Assembly (NCBI GenBank): GCA_017499595.2
Contig: CM039002.1
Coordinates: 3,038,001-3,102,000, forward strand
Reading direction: 5' to 3'
Source of the DNA: Psilocybe cubensis
Lineage: Eukaryota
Length of the DNA stretch: 64,000 bases
Every line of letters starts with the position of its first letter. The stretch's first letter is position 1. The notes beneath the pieces were generated by a model. The model made no database searches. It was not told the origin of the DNA and saw only the letters and a list, made by a program, of their open reading frames with translations. A program made the translations under genes and the position numbers. This document shows positions 11,702 to 23,751 of the stretch, in pieces.

Positions 11702-14700
11702 TCAACAACCTCAACCTCAACCTCAACCTCAACCTCAAACTCAAACTCAAACTCGAAAGGATGTATATTACTCCTAGGTTCCTCCTCCTACCTCTCCAAG
11801 AACACTCAATATCTCAATATCTTTCAAGTTCAATGTCCCAGAACTGTCGTTTTTCTTCTTCCAAGTTCTGAATTGACTGAAAAATCCCAAGACGAGCGAT
11901 TGAACCTGGACCTGGAGCTGGAGCTGGGCCTGGAGCTGAACCTCGTGTCAGAACTCAAAAGCCCTTTCTTTTTCTCCGACTTTCAGAGTTCCCTTGGTAT
12001 GCACTGGCACTGGCACCGTACGCTATCGAATACTGAGTATCGACGAATCACGAATCACGAATCATACGCCTCTGAATCGCCTTTACAAGGAACAGAAATA
12101 ACAGTAACAACGTTACAATCCTTTCCCGTCAAACGGTCAACTCAAACCAGCGATTTATTTCTAACTTTAAGTAGCATACTATATAAACCACGTAGTAATA
12201 TAATAGTTATAAACCACATCGCCTCCGTATTTAAATTTCATCGTCACTGCAATCATAGCGATCATTGACCAACACCATCACCAGCACCAGCACCAACACC
12301 ATCACCAGCACAATCATAACCAGCACAATCATAACCCATAAAAAAGAGTGCATTTCGATAACCGATAACCGATAACCGACAAACTAGCAAAAATAAAAGT
12401 ACATACATACATACATATACATAAGTACTACTACTATATACTATATACATATGTCGTGCGAGCCGTGGCTCGTGGAGATGCCAGTGGGCTGTGTTGTCGT
12501 AAGGCGTGGCGTGGAACGGTGTGGTGTGGAACGGTGTGGTGTGGAACGGTGTGGCGTTCGCGTGGGAGGTTAGGTGGGGGTGAAGGTGGGGGTGAAGCGC
12601 AAGGTTGAAGGTGAAGTTGATAAAAAGAGCAAAACAAAAAACTGTCAATGCGAAAAAAGTCAATGCAAAAAATGCAAAAAATGGTTGAGCAATGGTTGAG
12701 CAAAAAATGTATGGAATGAGAATGAGAATGAGGATGAGGATGAGGATGATGGATGATATATGGGATGAGGGATGAGTGAAGATTGAACCGGAACATATGC
12801 GCGATGCAGCAGTCCGAAATGTGAATGTAAGCGTGAATGTTGAATGTGAACAACCAAGAACCAAGAAAGAATATGAAATATGAAGTTTGAGAAAGAAAAA
12901 AGAAATGAAGGAAGCATCTACATAACATCTACATGTACATCACATCCACCACGAGGGTCGGCTTCGAGTCGAGTTGCGTGGGGTTCGGAGTCAAGTTGTA
13001 TCGAGTCGGGTCGGCTCCAGTCACGTCGCGGTGCGGTGCGGTGCAGTGAGGTGCATCATGACGCAGCAGCCTGTGCCCATGTCTATGCCTCTATCGTGCA
13101 GGCAGAAGCACGGCGCACAAAGATCTCAAAGAAGGAGAGGTTGGACTCGATTCGGATCGAATCGGATCGGATTTTCCAGACTTCAGACTCCAGACTCCAG
13201 ACTTGGATTTGGATTTGGATTGATTCGGTACCCTCGCACGCACAGTAAGATACTTCTCAGAGCCTACCGCTCATCATCAAAGTAAAAGTCGAGGACGAGG
13301 ACGAGGACCAGGGGGTAGATCCCAACACCTACACAGCCGCCTGCCAATCACTCGCCAGCCCTCCAACCCACGGCGCATCCAAATTTGTATCCATCGTCAA
13401 CACACTCTCCCTCTCCCTCTGTCTCTCAGTTTCGGACCCGGATCCCATAGCCTTCAGAGGCACATTGGCACCTTTAAGCCCCGGAGGACTCAACCGCATA
13501 TACGCAGAAGGCGGCGTTCCAATCGTCACCGCCGCCCCCGCCGCCGCCCCCGCACCCGCTGAAGTTGAAGCCGAGGCGGGAGGGGAAGGGAACATCGACA
13601 CCGAAGGTGGAGCTGAACTCGAATCAGAGGACGATAGCTCGCGCGCGTGTCCCAGTGCCTGTGCCTGCGCATGTGCCTGTCCTAATGCTATCCCCGAACC
13701 GGATAAAGCACCAGATGACCCTCCAGCACCAGCGCCGTAGCGAAGAACATGTCCATACCCAACGCCACCCCCAATCGGCTGTCCAATCTGCTGCCTCAAT
13801 CCCATTCCCCGTCCCCCACTCCCACGACGCTGTTCGTCTTCGGAAATACTGGATGTTCTCACCAGTCCGCTCTGCACAGCCGCCGCTCCAGATCCAGGTG
13901 CGGATATACCAGAAAGGCGGGACACAAACGATACCCTACTCGATCCCGACGCCGACGCGGACGCGGAGGAGAGAGAAGCAGGCGAGGACCCGCTTGCGCT
14001 CCTTTTACTTGATGCAGACCCGGACCCGTGGGTGGAAGATGTGAAGTGCGAGCGCATAGAGTGTAAGGACCCGTGTTCGGATGCATGGAATGGTGCGTTG
14101 CCTGGTGGTGGGACGAGCTGTGTGAGCGTGGGGGGGAGGGAAGGTGGTTAGTATATGCGCATATACATGTAAACAAACGCAAAAGGAGAAATAAAAATAG
14201 GAAAGAAAAAAGAGATATAAACATAAACATAAACATAACCAAGCAGGCAACCCGAAAAAAGCAAACCCAACTTCCAAAAATGGCTGTGTGGACAATTCGC
14301 ATCCCCATTGCGCAAGACCCCATCAAACATTCTCACCCATCCATCCATCCACCCATAGAAACAAACAAACCCCAAACCAACCAAAAACCACAAAAAAAAA
14401 ATCCAAAAAAACCTCAAAGAAAAAAACTCACCAATCCAAACGTCCCCCTCCTTCCCACCTCGGCCCTCTCAGTACTCCTCCCACTCCCACTCCCGCCCTG
14501 ACCTTGGCCCTGTCCCTGCGCGATACTCCTCCACCCAACTTCCGCACTCGGCGGTTCATCCTCCAGTATATCCACGTTAGGGCTACTGTCCCCTCCATAT
14601 GATGTCGATCTCGATCTCGAGGCGGAGTACGGATAAGAAGAGGGATACGGATAGAGAGAGGGAGAGGAGTATGTATGGTCCAACGCATGTGCGCCCACAG

Positions 14701-17700
14701 CAGCGGAGACAGAGACAGACGAAGAAGACGGCACAGCCCGGATCGTACTAACCGACTCGTCAAACCCTTTTCCCATCCCTTGTAATCCCAGCCCTAATCC
14801 TAATCCAGGAGGAGGAAACATGGGCGAAGGCAACTTCGACCCGTCACTAAACGTGCTCCCCGTCGGCGTCGGCGCGTAGCCATCCTTGACGCTGTGGCTC
14901 AGACTGAATGTACTAGCAGGAACAGGCAAATCCAACACATCCACATCCACATCAGTCGATGGCCCTGTTGACGATGGATCCATATTAGGCGGCGTTTGCG
15001 CTCTTCTCTGTCCTTGCCCATATCCTTGTCCCTGTCCCTGCCCCTGCCCATACCCCTCCTGCGCTGACGCCACGTACCCAGAAGGCGCATACGGATCAGA
15101 ATAAACCGGCGGCGGCTCCATAACCCCCCCAGAAGAAATCATAGTACCGGGAGAAATCAAAGGCGTAGCAGGCACAGAGCTCAACGCATCATGATACACC
15201 GACGCGCCCGTACTAGTCGCCGTACCCGTCCCGCTCTTCCCACCAACACTTTTTTCTCCTACGCTCTTCCCGCCGACGGAAAGACCGCTTACAGCGCTCG
15301 CAGCAGAGACAGGCCTCGCTCCGAAACTGTCAACCTCCCTCTGTCTCGCATGCGGATAAGGATAAGACGAAGGCGGATGCAACCCCTCCCTTCCCAAAAA
15401 CGGCTCAACCCTAAAATCCTGCTCCTTCTCTCCATGTATCGGATGAAGGAACGATCGTCTCCGATGCGATCCTGATCCTGATCCTGCTGCTGGCGCAGCT
15501 GGATCAACGTCAAGATAGCCAGTCGCGGGGGGTGATGGAGGGGAAGCAGCAGAGGGAGAACCAGCAGAAGCAGAAGGACGACCAGAATCAAAGCTCCTAT
15601 TAAACCACCTCGCCCCAATCCCGCCTAGTCCACCGAGTCCAAGGGCGCCTAAAAACCTCTGCCCCGAGCTCGGGCGCGCTCTCACACCTCCCTCTCCCTC
15701 TCCCTCTCCTTCCCCCACCCCTTCGTCCTTCTCATCAGCATAAGAATAGGTATACCCCTGCCCGTACTCCTCATCTCGCACAGCAGCAGCAGCAGCAGAA
15801 GGAGATTGATATTGACCCTGCGAGATAGACACAGACCTCGGTCCTAAATCTTCAACCTTTACACGACGCGCAGTGAGCAACATCGCCGCCTCAGCCTCCT
15901 GTTCATGCTCGTGCTCGTGGTCCGGACCAAGCGAACTCTTATTCGACCCCTTCGTCTTCAACCCCGGTATACCAGAGACGTGCGGGGAAGTGTGGGCTAT
16001 ACCAACAGGCGTATACGCCCCCCTCGACCCCGCCGATCCAACGAGGCGCGGAGGCGCATTCACCGCAGCATCCACATCCATATCGTCGCCGGTTGGATCA
16101 GGAGAATAAGCGTACGGGCCTTCGTATGTATACCCCTCGCCCTCCCCTTGGACGGGGCTTGGAGCAGAACCGCGAGCGGGACCAGAGCCAGCAACCACAA
16201 ACTGGTCCGCGCCCTCGGGCAACACACTCTCCCTCCCAATCCTATCCATATCCTCATTCGTCAGCCGCGTCCTCCCTCCTCCTCCTCCTCCTCCTCCTCC
16301 GTGTGTTGACGTGGTACCAGTATTATCATGTGCCGCCTCAACCCCCATACCGATGCCCATAGCAATAGGCAAATACCCCAACGAAGGCCGATCAAGCAAC
16401 TCCCCAAACCCCGACGCATTCGAATTAGTCGATCCAGACGAATTCGAATTGTTCGTTCCCGCCAATGCGGGTGCGGGTGCGAGTGCGGCGGGTACAGGAG
16501 GTGGAGGGACACGGTTTGAATGGGAGTTGGAGTGGGTGCGGGATGTGGATACGGGTGCGCTGGGGCGCTGTGTCATCACCCCTCCAGCAGCAGCACCAGC
16601 ACCAGCACCAGCGGCAGCAGAAGAAGAAGAAGAAGAACCGACAGCAGCAGCAGTCCAAGGCGTATTGGCGAGCGGCGACGAAGGCGAGCGGGGAGACGTC
16701 GGACTCCGTCCCCTACTCGCACTCGCACGACCGCCACTCCCGCGGCTACTCCTCGTCAAGAACGGATCGGCTTCTTCACCACTATGCCTGGGACTCCCTT
16801 CACCCGGCACTCTCCCCCCTCCCCCTCCCCCACTCCCAGAACCACCACCACTAGGAACAACAAAATAATCATCCTGTCCCAACTCCATAAACCCTCCCCT
16901 CCCTCCCCCTCCACCAGGCGAAGTACCATTCCGCCTGCGATTGCGCCGTCCTTTAAGACACAGGAACAGGAATAGCGCAAGGACAAAGAGGAAGATGAGG
17001 CCTAGGATGGAGGCGACGATGATGCCTACTAGCTGGCCGCGCGAGAGGTGGGATGAGCCGAGGGGCGCGGGGGGTGCGGATATGGTTGTGGTTGGTGCGG
17101 AGGGGGTGGAGAATGTGTCTGTTGTTGTGAGTGGTGGTGTTGAGGAGGAGGAGGAGGAGGATGAAGAAGAAGAAGAAGAAGATGATGATGATGATGTTAG
17201 TGATGTTACAGATGATGCAGATGATAAAATTGAAGTAGATGAAGCGGATGTAGATGAAGCAGGTGTCGCAGCGGATGTCGATGTCGATGAAGATAGCGTT
17301 ACAGAAACAGAAACAGAAACAGAAGAGGTTATCGCAGATACAGAAGAAGAAGAGGGTGTCGCAGTAGTATCAGTCACAGTCGTAATAGAAGCGTTAGTAG
17401 TAGTAGCAGGAGGTATCGCAGCGGTCGTCGTTCCCGTTCCCGTAGCAGTAGCAGTAGCAGCGCCAGGAAGAATGATCGTCGCAGGCTCCGTCGACCCTCC
17501 AAACACGTACAACGAGCCAAGTGGGATCTGTGCACAAAGCCATTCAGCGTCAGCGTCAATATTATTATCATAGGTTATGGAGGGAACGTACGCTAGGCCC
17601 GAGATAGGTAGGCGGGATATACTCAATGACGGTGTTCGTGGCGATTGGCACGCCTGCTGCGTCTGTCACGATCACTGGCGAAGGGGAGAGCCACGGAGGG

Positions 17701-20430
17701 AACTGTTGTGATGGTTGACTCATTTTTTTTGTGATTTTATTTTTGTGAATTTAGTTGCTTTTTTTTTGGGTTTGTTGGGTTAATGCTGGTGGGTGATTGA
17801 TTCGTTAGTAGTGAGCGTGGTGGTGATTTGCTGCGTTTGCGTTTGCGTTATTGCGTTGCGTTTGGTGTGGTACGGTGTAGTGTGAAATGAGATGAAATGG
17901 TGGCACGGTGTGGTGTCTGTGGCACATTGGGATGTGGCATCAGCATCATCATCAACAAAGACACAAACCCGAACCGAACAGAACAGCACAGAGCAGCACA
18001 GAACAGCACATAACAGAACAGAACAGAACAGAGCAGAACAGAGCAGGGAACATACGCACTCGTCAGTCCTACTAGTCTCAAGCGGGAGCGGGTGATATCC
18101 TGTGATATCAAAGAAAGATAAAAGCGTGGGGTTCTCGGGGGTGTAGAATATGAGTAGAAAAGACGTAGTAGGAAAGACGGAGGAGGAGGAGAGAGGGTGA
18201 GGAGAACGGGTGAAGAGAGAGAGAAAGGGAGAAAGAAGGTGGGAAGACTTGGGAGGGTTCGTGCGTGAATGTCCTTTCTGGGACGCGTTTCGCAAAGTCG
18301 AACCAACACCACGTGATCCTCCCATCCATCACCGCTGCGTGCCACCATCAGTGCGGGTGTTGCCTTTTGGGGTTAATATGGTGATGGATGGCTTATTTTG
18401 GTGTGATGAACCATTTTGGTGTGATGGGCTGTTGGTGGGCTGGGCTCTGGGCTCTGGGTTCGGGTGATGTTCTGACGGGAGGAGAGGAGGAGAGCTGAGG
18501 ACGCTCAATGTGTGAAGTGTGATTTTGGGCTTCGGCATATTGGTGATCTGCTTTTTCTCAGTACCTGTCAGCTTCAGGACTAGGACTAGTCAAAGGTCCC
18601 GGTCAACTTCTGCATACCATGTTCAAGCATTCAGTTCTCGGAGAAACTGTACGTATCTATGAAGTTGAATACACATGTTCATTCAAGTCATTGTCCTTCT
18701 CCCGAGAGAGTGTGTGTGCGTGTGTCAAACTTCGTTATCTTTATCTTTGACCTTATCTTTATCCTTATCTCTTTCCTTGCCTCCAATCAATCTTAGTCGT
18801 TACTCTCACCGCCTATTTCTCACTGCTCGTTGCTCACTGCTCACCGCCTATTTCTCACCGCTCATCACTCATCGTTCACCGCTCATCGCTCACCGCCTAT
18901 TTCTCACCGCTCACCGCCCATGATCATCGCTCATCGCTCATCGCCTATTACTCACCGCTCACCGCCCATGATGATCATCATCGCCAACCATCCACATCCA
19001 CATCCATTTCTATTTCCATTGAAAACGCAGCCACTTGATCTCAATACAGAAATAACACAGAAATAACACCGTCAAAACGAAATTGAAATTGAAAATGAAA
19101 ATGAAAATGAAAATGAAAGCAGGAATGAGAGCAGCAAAGTGAATGGGGTATCCGTGTGCGTTTGTACGTGTGTACGTGTACGTGCGTCTGCCTTTGTGCA
19201 TGTGCATGTGAGTGTACGTGCGTGCGTGTGTACGTGTGTGTGCGTGTATTAGTTCCTTAAGGGATTAAGCACCAGATTGGAAGATGGGAAGGGAAGGGAG
19301 GGGAAGGAGGATAAAACGGAAAACCCGGACACGGACAAAAGAAAAACACGTACAAAAGGAACACACGTACAAAAGGAACACACGTACAAAAAGAAAACAC
19401 ATAGAAAGGATATACTGAGAGAAAGAAAGCACAGATGAAGAAGAAACGAGCGACCAAAAAAAGACGGATAAAGAGAAAATAACGCAGTAGGAATTAGATC
19501 AGTCTATAAAATCTCGTTTGCTCAGCGCTCATTGACATCACTTAACGCTCAAATCACCGCGCCGAGAACTCTGAATCAGAATCAGAGTCCAGCTTCCAGC
19601 ATCCACCTTCCAGTTTGTTGTGGTTGCAGTGATACAAAGTAATTGACTCGGAGTATAATAGGTTATGGATGTGGATGTGGATGTGGATGTGGATGTGATT
19701 GTATTGCAAAGTAAACCAACAATCCAAATATCCAACACTACACACTCTCAAATATCACAAACTTAAAAACAGCAGTCTGTCTGAGTCTAGACCATATAAA
19801 CGCACCAAAGGGCCTAAACGAGTCCATCACAATAACCGGGATGTATTGTATTGAACACACAAGGAAGGAAAAAAGGAACGAACAAACGAGCGATGTATCA
19901 ATGTGATTCTCATCATGCCATTCAAGCTTGGACAGGTCCCGGGATCGTTGCATTTGATCATGACATTACTACTATATTAGTATGCCCTTGAACATGATTT
20001 GCGATTCGTGATTCCCTGTGGTATTGGATGACAAGGACAAGGATAAGGATAAGGATAAGACAAGGTTCAAAATAGAGAGAGAAAGAGAAAGATGGATAGA
20101 GGTAACTGGTGTGGGTGGATTGTACGACTATGTTGATCCCGGGCCGTAGATCCGTCATGTCTCCTGATAGTGGGGCCTAGTTTTACTGTGAGCACAAGTA
20201 CTAAGTACTAAGTACTAAGGCGTCATTGTGATCGAAACAAAATAAACGTATATCTTTTACCGATTCAAAGATGCTCGGAATCTAAAATTATAAAATACAA
20301 CCAGCCCTAATTGCAGTGTTAGTGCTAGTGCCAGTGCCAGTGCCAGGGCTGATGCTTATCGCAATGATTCCCTCTAATTTCACAAAGACATACAGTCACT
20401 TCATCGATAGTGGATAGTGGATAGTGCTTC
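11702..20430. repeat. Microsatellite/low-complexity island
   Basis: Dense short tandem repeats of many unrelated units, e.g. (caacct)n 11705, (gtgcg)n 13030, (aaacat)n 14219, (acaga)n 17975-18040, ctcaccgc-based repeats 18805-18965, (gaaaat)n 19090, (ggatgt)n 19667, (ggataa)n 20041. Confidence 0.9.
13329..17723 (-). CDS. Large single-pass membrane protein with Ser/Thr-rich ectodomain and long disordered cytoplasmic tail
   Basis: ATG at 17723 (MSQPSQQFPPWLSP..TYLGPS), intron 17528-17591, long exon IPLGS..GTFGL with TM LVGIIVASILGLIFLFVLALFLFLCL followed by KGRRNRRR, intron 14118-14431, last exon LVPPPGNAPFHASEHGSLHSMRSH.. in frame to the stop at 13329. Confidence 0.8.
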
Positions 20431-20775
20431 CTAAGTACATCATTTGTCAAAATTCACGTTCCTTTTTGGTATGTCTATCCAGGCTTTTTGGCTGGAATCT
20501 CATGCCAGAAATAGAGAATCGATGAATAATTGAATATAGTGGATAAAGGTCCGTGCAAATCAGTCGCTTTTGGGCAGCCAAGATTGTGATTGCGTGTGTT
20601 TTTATGGGGTCATATTCTGAGGACCTCGGATATGAATACCATCGATATGTCAATTCAACACACTATATAGGAATTTGGCATGATGGGGATTATTAGATCA
20701 AAGTATCAATTCCCTTTCCGTAAATTTCCTGCTTCTTGTCGCTCACATCTAACCTCTTGCTAAAGACCTCGAGCA

Positions 20776-21438
20776 ATGTCTTTGATCCCAAGATGCAATA
20801 ACGCCCCCCCTCTTCCATTTGACGTGCTCCAAGAAATAGCGCAGTACTGCGACAAGAGCACTCTCAAGGCATACTGCTCTGCAAGCCATCACTTGCGCGA
20901 GGCCGTCGCACCGTGCCTCTTCAAGGCGTCAAAAATCGGATTCGGAGTCAGCGTTGCCAGACGCGTCACCGAAAACGTGTCCGACACGCACAACTACCAA
21001 GCATGGGCCAGCAAACTGACAGACCAATTCGCACAGCTTTCAGCGAGCAGATACGCACAGTACATCCGGACGCTGTCCTACACCGGCGTCACGTCGTTTT
21101 CCCGGTATTCAGAGGGTTGTAATCTCGATGATGAGGGGATACGGCGGTGGCAGGCGGCGCACCATAAAGCCACATGGCCGGTTTTGACGAGGACCCTCGG
21201 TCGATTTGCACAGTTGAAAGAGCTGTCGCTGGGTTATGTTGAGATTGACGATCGGTTTATTATTGTCATGGGCACGTTGCATAATCTCCAAGATCTCTCG
21301 CTCTGTAAACGGATCGACACACTTCGAAGTTCGTTGCCCGTGGCGGCATCGGACTTTGAAAAACTGATTTATAAGAAATCGCGTAGTACACCGACTGCAC
21401 CTTGCTTTCCTCCGCCCCATTTTTTAACGTTGCCATAA
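20776..21438 (+). pseudogene. Truncated F-box-like/LRR copy B'
   Basis: First ~175 codons nearly identical to copy B up to LHNLQDL; at ~21303 the sequence jumps to the reverse complement of 7816 and below, giving an unrelated tail and an early stop. Confidence 0.85.
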
Positions 21439-21439
21439 A

Positions 21440-21920
21440 AGAGCTTGTAGCTTTACGAAGGTGCATGGAAACCAAGTCAAAGCTCACATTCCGATGGGAT
21501 GAGTTACTACGGCACGCCGTTCAATAGCACTCTGCATGGCACGGCTTCGACCACGAATTTTTCCTACACACTCTTCACGGTGCGTCGTAGGTCATACCTT
21601 TCTCTGAATCTACAGCCTCGACCAACGAAATAGGCTTTGCAGTCATCGTATACGGGTCCCGACAGCTTACCTTTTGAGGTCCGTTATCAACCTGCCTGGG
21701 AGTGCTCATCAGCGACGGGCCCATAACATCCGCGCGTTGTGTGCGGCATCAGGATTGCAAGACGCTTCAGACCACACGACCACGACCCGCGTGTTGAAGA
21801 CAATCACACGTTCTGGTTCGACTATGTCAGGTATTTCAAGCTCAGCTTATTGTATCTCATACAGTGAACAACCCGGGCATGTCCGAGATAATTGTTATCA
21901 ATCCGCTCGGGTGTTGTTTT
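21440..21920 (+). pseudogene. Inverted copy of the decayed membrane-protein fragment
   Basis: Reverse complement of 7200-7680 (tacgaaggtgcatggaaaccaagtcaaagctcaca; ttctggttcgactatgtcaggtattt). Confidence 0.8.
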
Positions 21921-22204
21921 ACTGCGGCATTTACATGGATTTACTCATGCTATACTCACGAGATGCGAGAAGTCCACTATCTTGGATGATCTATGGAATC
22001 AGTAAACCATCGATAAGTCTTCTCAGGCCACTGTGTAAGGTGGTATAATTGGGAGCATGAATGTTGCATTGTATTCCGCCGCTGTTCCTTATTACACCCA
22101 TTTCCTCCATCCGTCCCTTCTTCCCTTCCCAATAACACCGATTCTCTGTCTCTTGCTGCCTCGCATTTAACCTTCACGCTTTCTACGGCCCGACCAGTCG
22201 TGCA

Positions 22205-23661
22205 ATGTCGTCAGATGCAGATCACCACTACAACACACCTACCCTCTCACCCGATATCCATCAAGAAATAGCACTGCACTGCGACAAGGAAACCCTCCAA
22301 GCGTACTGCTCCGCGAGCTACCTCCTACGCCAAGTCGTCGCGCCATTCTTCTTCAGAGCGTCGCACATCAAACTCGGCATCCAATTAAATTTTGAATCAT
22401 CCGCTGCATACCACATGGCCAGTCAGCAAAACTACGAAGCGTGGGCTAGTAACTGTATCAAGAAATTCGAGCAGCTTTCGGCAAGCGGCTATGCAAAGCA
22501 CGTTCGTGAGCTGTCGTACCGCGGCTTCAAAACTTTGGAAGGCCCTAAGGACGGGGTTGAGACGTGGAAGACGCAGTATCATGAAACTGCATGGGCCATT
22601 TTTAAAAAGAGCCTCAGTCGATATACGCAATTGATATCACTGCGATTAGAAGACGTTGACATTGATGATGAAGCTATCATAGTAATGGGTACCTTGCAGA
22701 CCCTCCATCATCTTTATCTTACAGACAATCCTGGATTCAAATGCACGGAGGAGCTTGCTATGCACCACAACGTCCGTCCAGTACAAAGTTTGACCTACGA
22801 GCCGACGTTTGACACTGATGATGTTGAGATTGATGGTGAGCTTGGGGGAATGTTTGTTGCAGCCGCATGCAGCAATATCACGTCTCTGTACATAAAAACA
22901 GTGATAGGTGACGGCATGCAACACAACCTTTACCGCATTCTCAGCAACTGTCCGCTGCTTGAGACACTCAATATTGGATTGGGTACACAGGACGACCCCA
23001 ATATGGATGAAACGGCACCGGATGGTCTTGAACGTACTGCTATGCCCAGGCTACGGGATTACAGCGGCCCAGCCTACTATGCACCTCTAGTCAAAGGCAG
23101 GCCAGTGGTTAAAATCCATGTGTACCCGTTACCTTACGACCTCGACGATACCAATGTTGCCGACTGGGTTCATAGCACCTTTTCAGGCACCACTGCAGCC
23201 GTCGAGTCCTTTACCACGCTCTTCTTCCCAGGGGACGCCATCAACACCTTTCTTGGCGCCATATCTATAACTTTGCCGAGCCTCACAGAATTGGAGATGG
23301 AAATTGATGGTGATTTTGACAATGAGGTGCTTGAGGTATGTCATCCGGCTATTGCTGGAATTTATTGTGCTAACCTGTCTTGCCGTAGTGTCTGGTGCAA
23401 GATCTTCATGAAAGAGTCTGCGTGATACCGGCATCATTGCAAACATTACGGTTATTTTGGCTGAACGAGTCTGAACTTGAACTAAACGATATCGTTGACA
23501 AAGTAGTCGAAATATTAAGGATGCCAGAACGGTTGGGGAAGTTAGAATTCTTGACCATTGGAAAGACCGATCATGATTATGTGGTATGTCAGAAGTCGAA
23601 AATGGAACCAAGGGAGTGGACGTTTACATTGAAGGCCAGAGAACGTCTAACCTCATTTTGA
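22205..23661 (+). CDS. F-box-like / leucine-rich-repeat protein, copy A'
   Basis: Open 406-aa ORF collinear with copy A; intron from gtatgt at ~23336 to tgcaag at ~23401 links to the last exon 23395-23661. Confidence 0.78.
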
Positions 23662-23751
23662 TTCTGATTCAGAGTAATACTATAGCCCACTCCTTGTAGT
23701 TTATAACTTCATTGTCAATTTTACCTTTTTACCACCGTCTTCAAATCCTCA

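Noticed and set aside
11663-13285. Several 100-200 aa ORFs on both strands
   Set aside because: Products of microsatellite sequence that lacks stop codons; dipeptide-repeat translations with no domain.
16311-17573. Plus-strand ORFs (185 and 210 aa, acidic runs)
   Set aside because: Antisense shadows of the Ser-rich membrane-protein gene.
17780-19460. ORFs and ctcaccgc repeat array that could suggest a CRISPR-like or coding repeat
   Set aside because: Irregular short tandem repeats without unique spacers, in a eukaryotic leader/promoter region.
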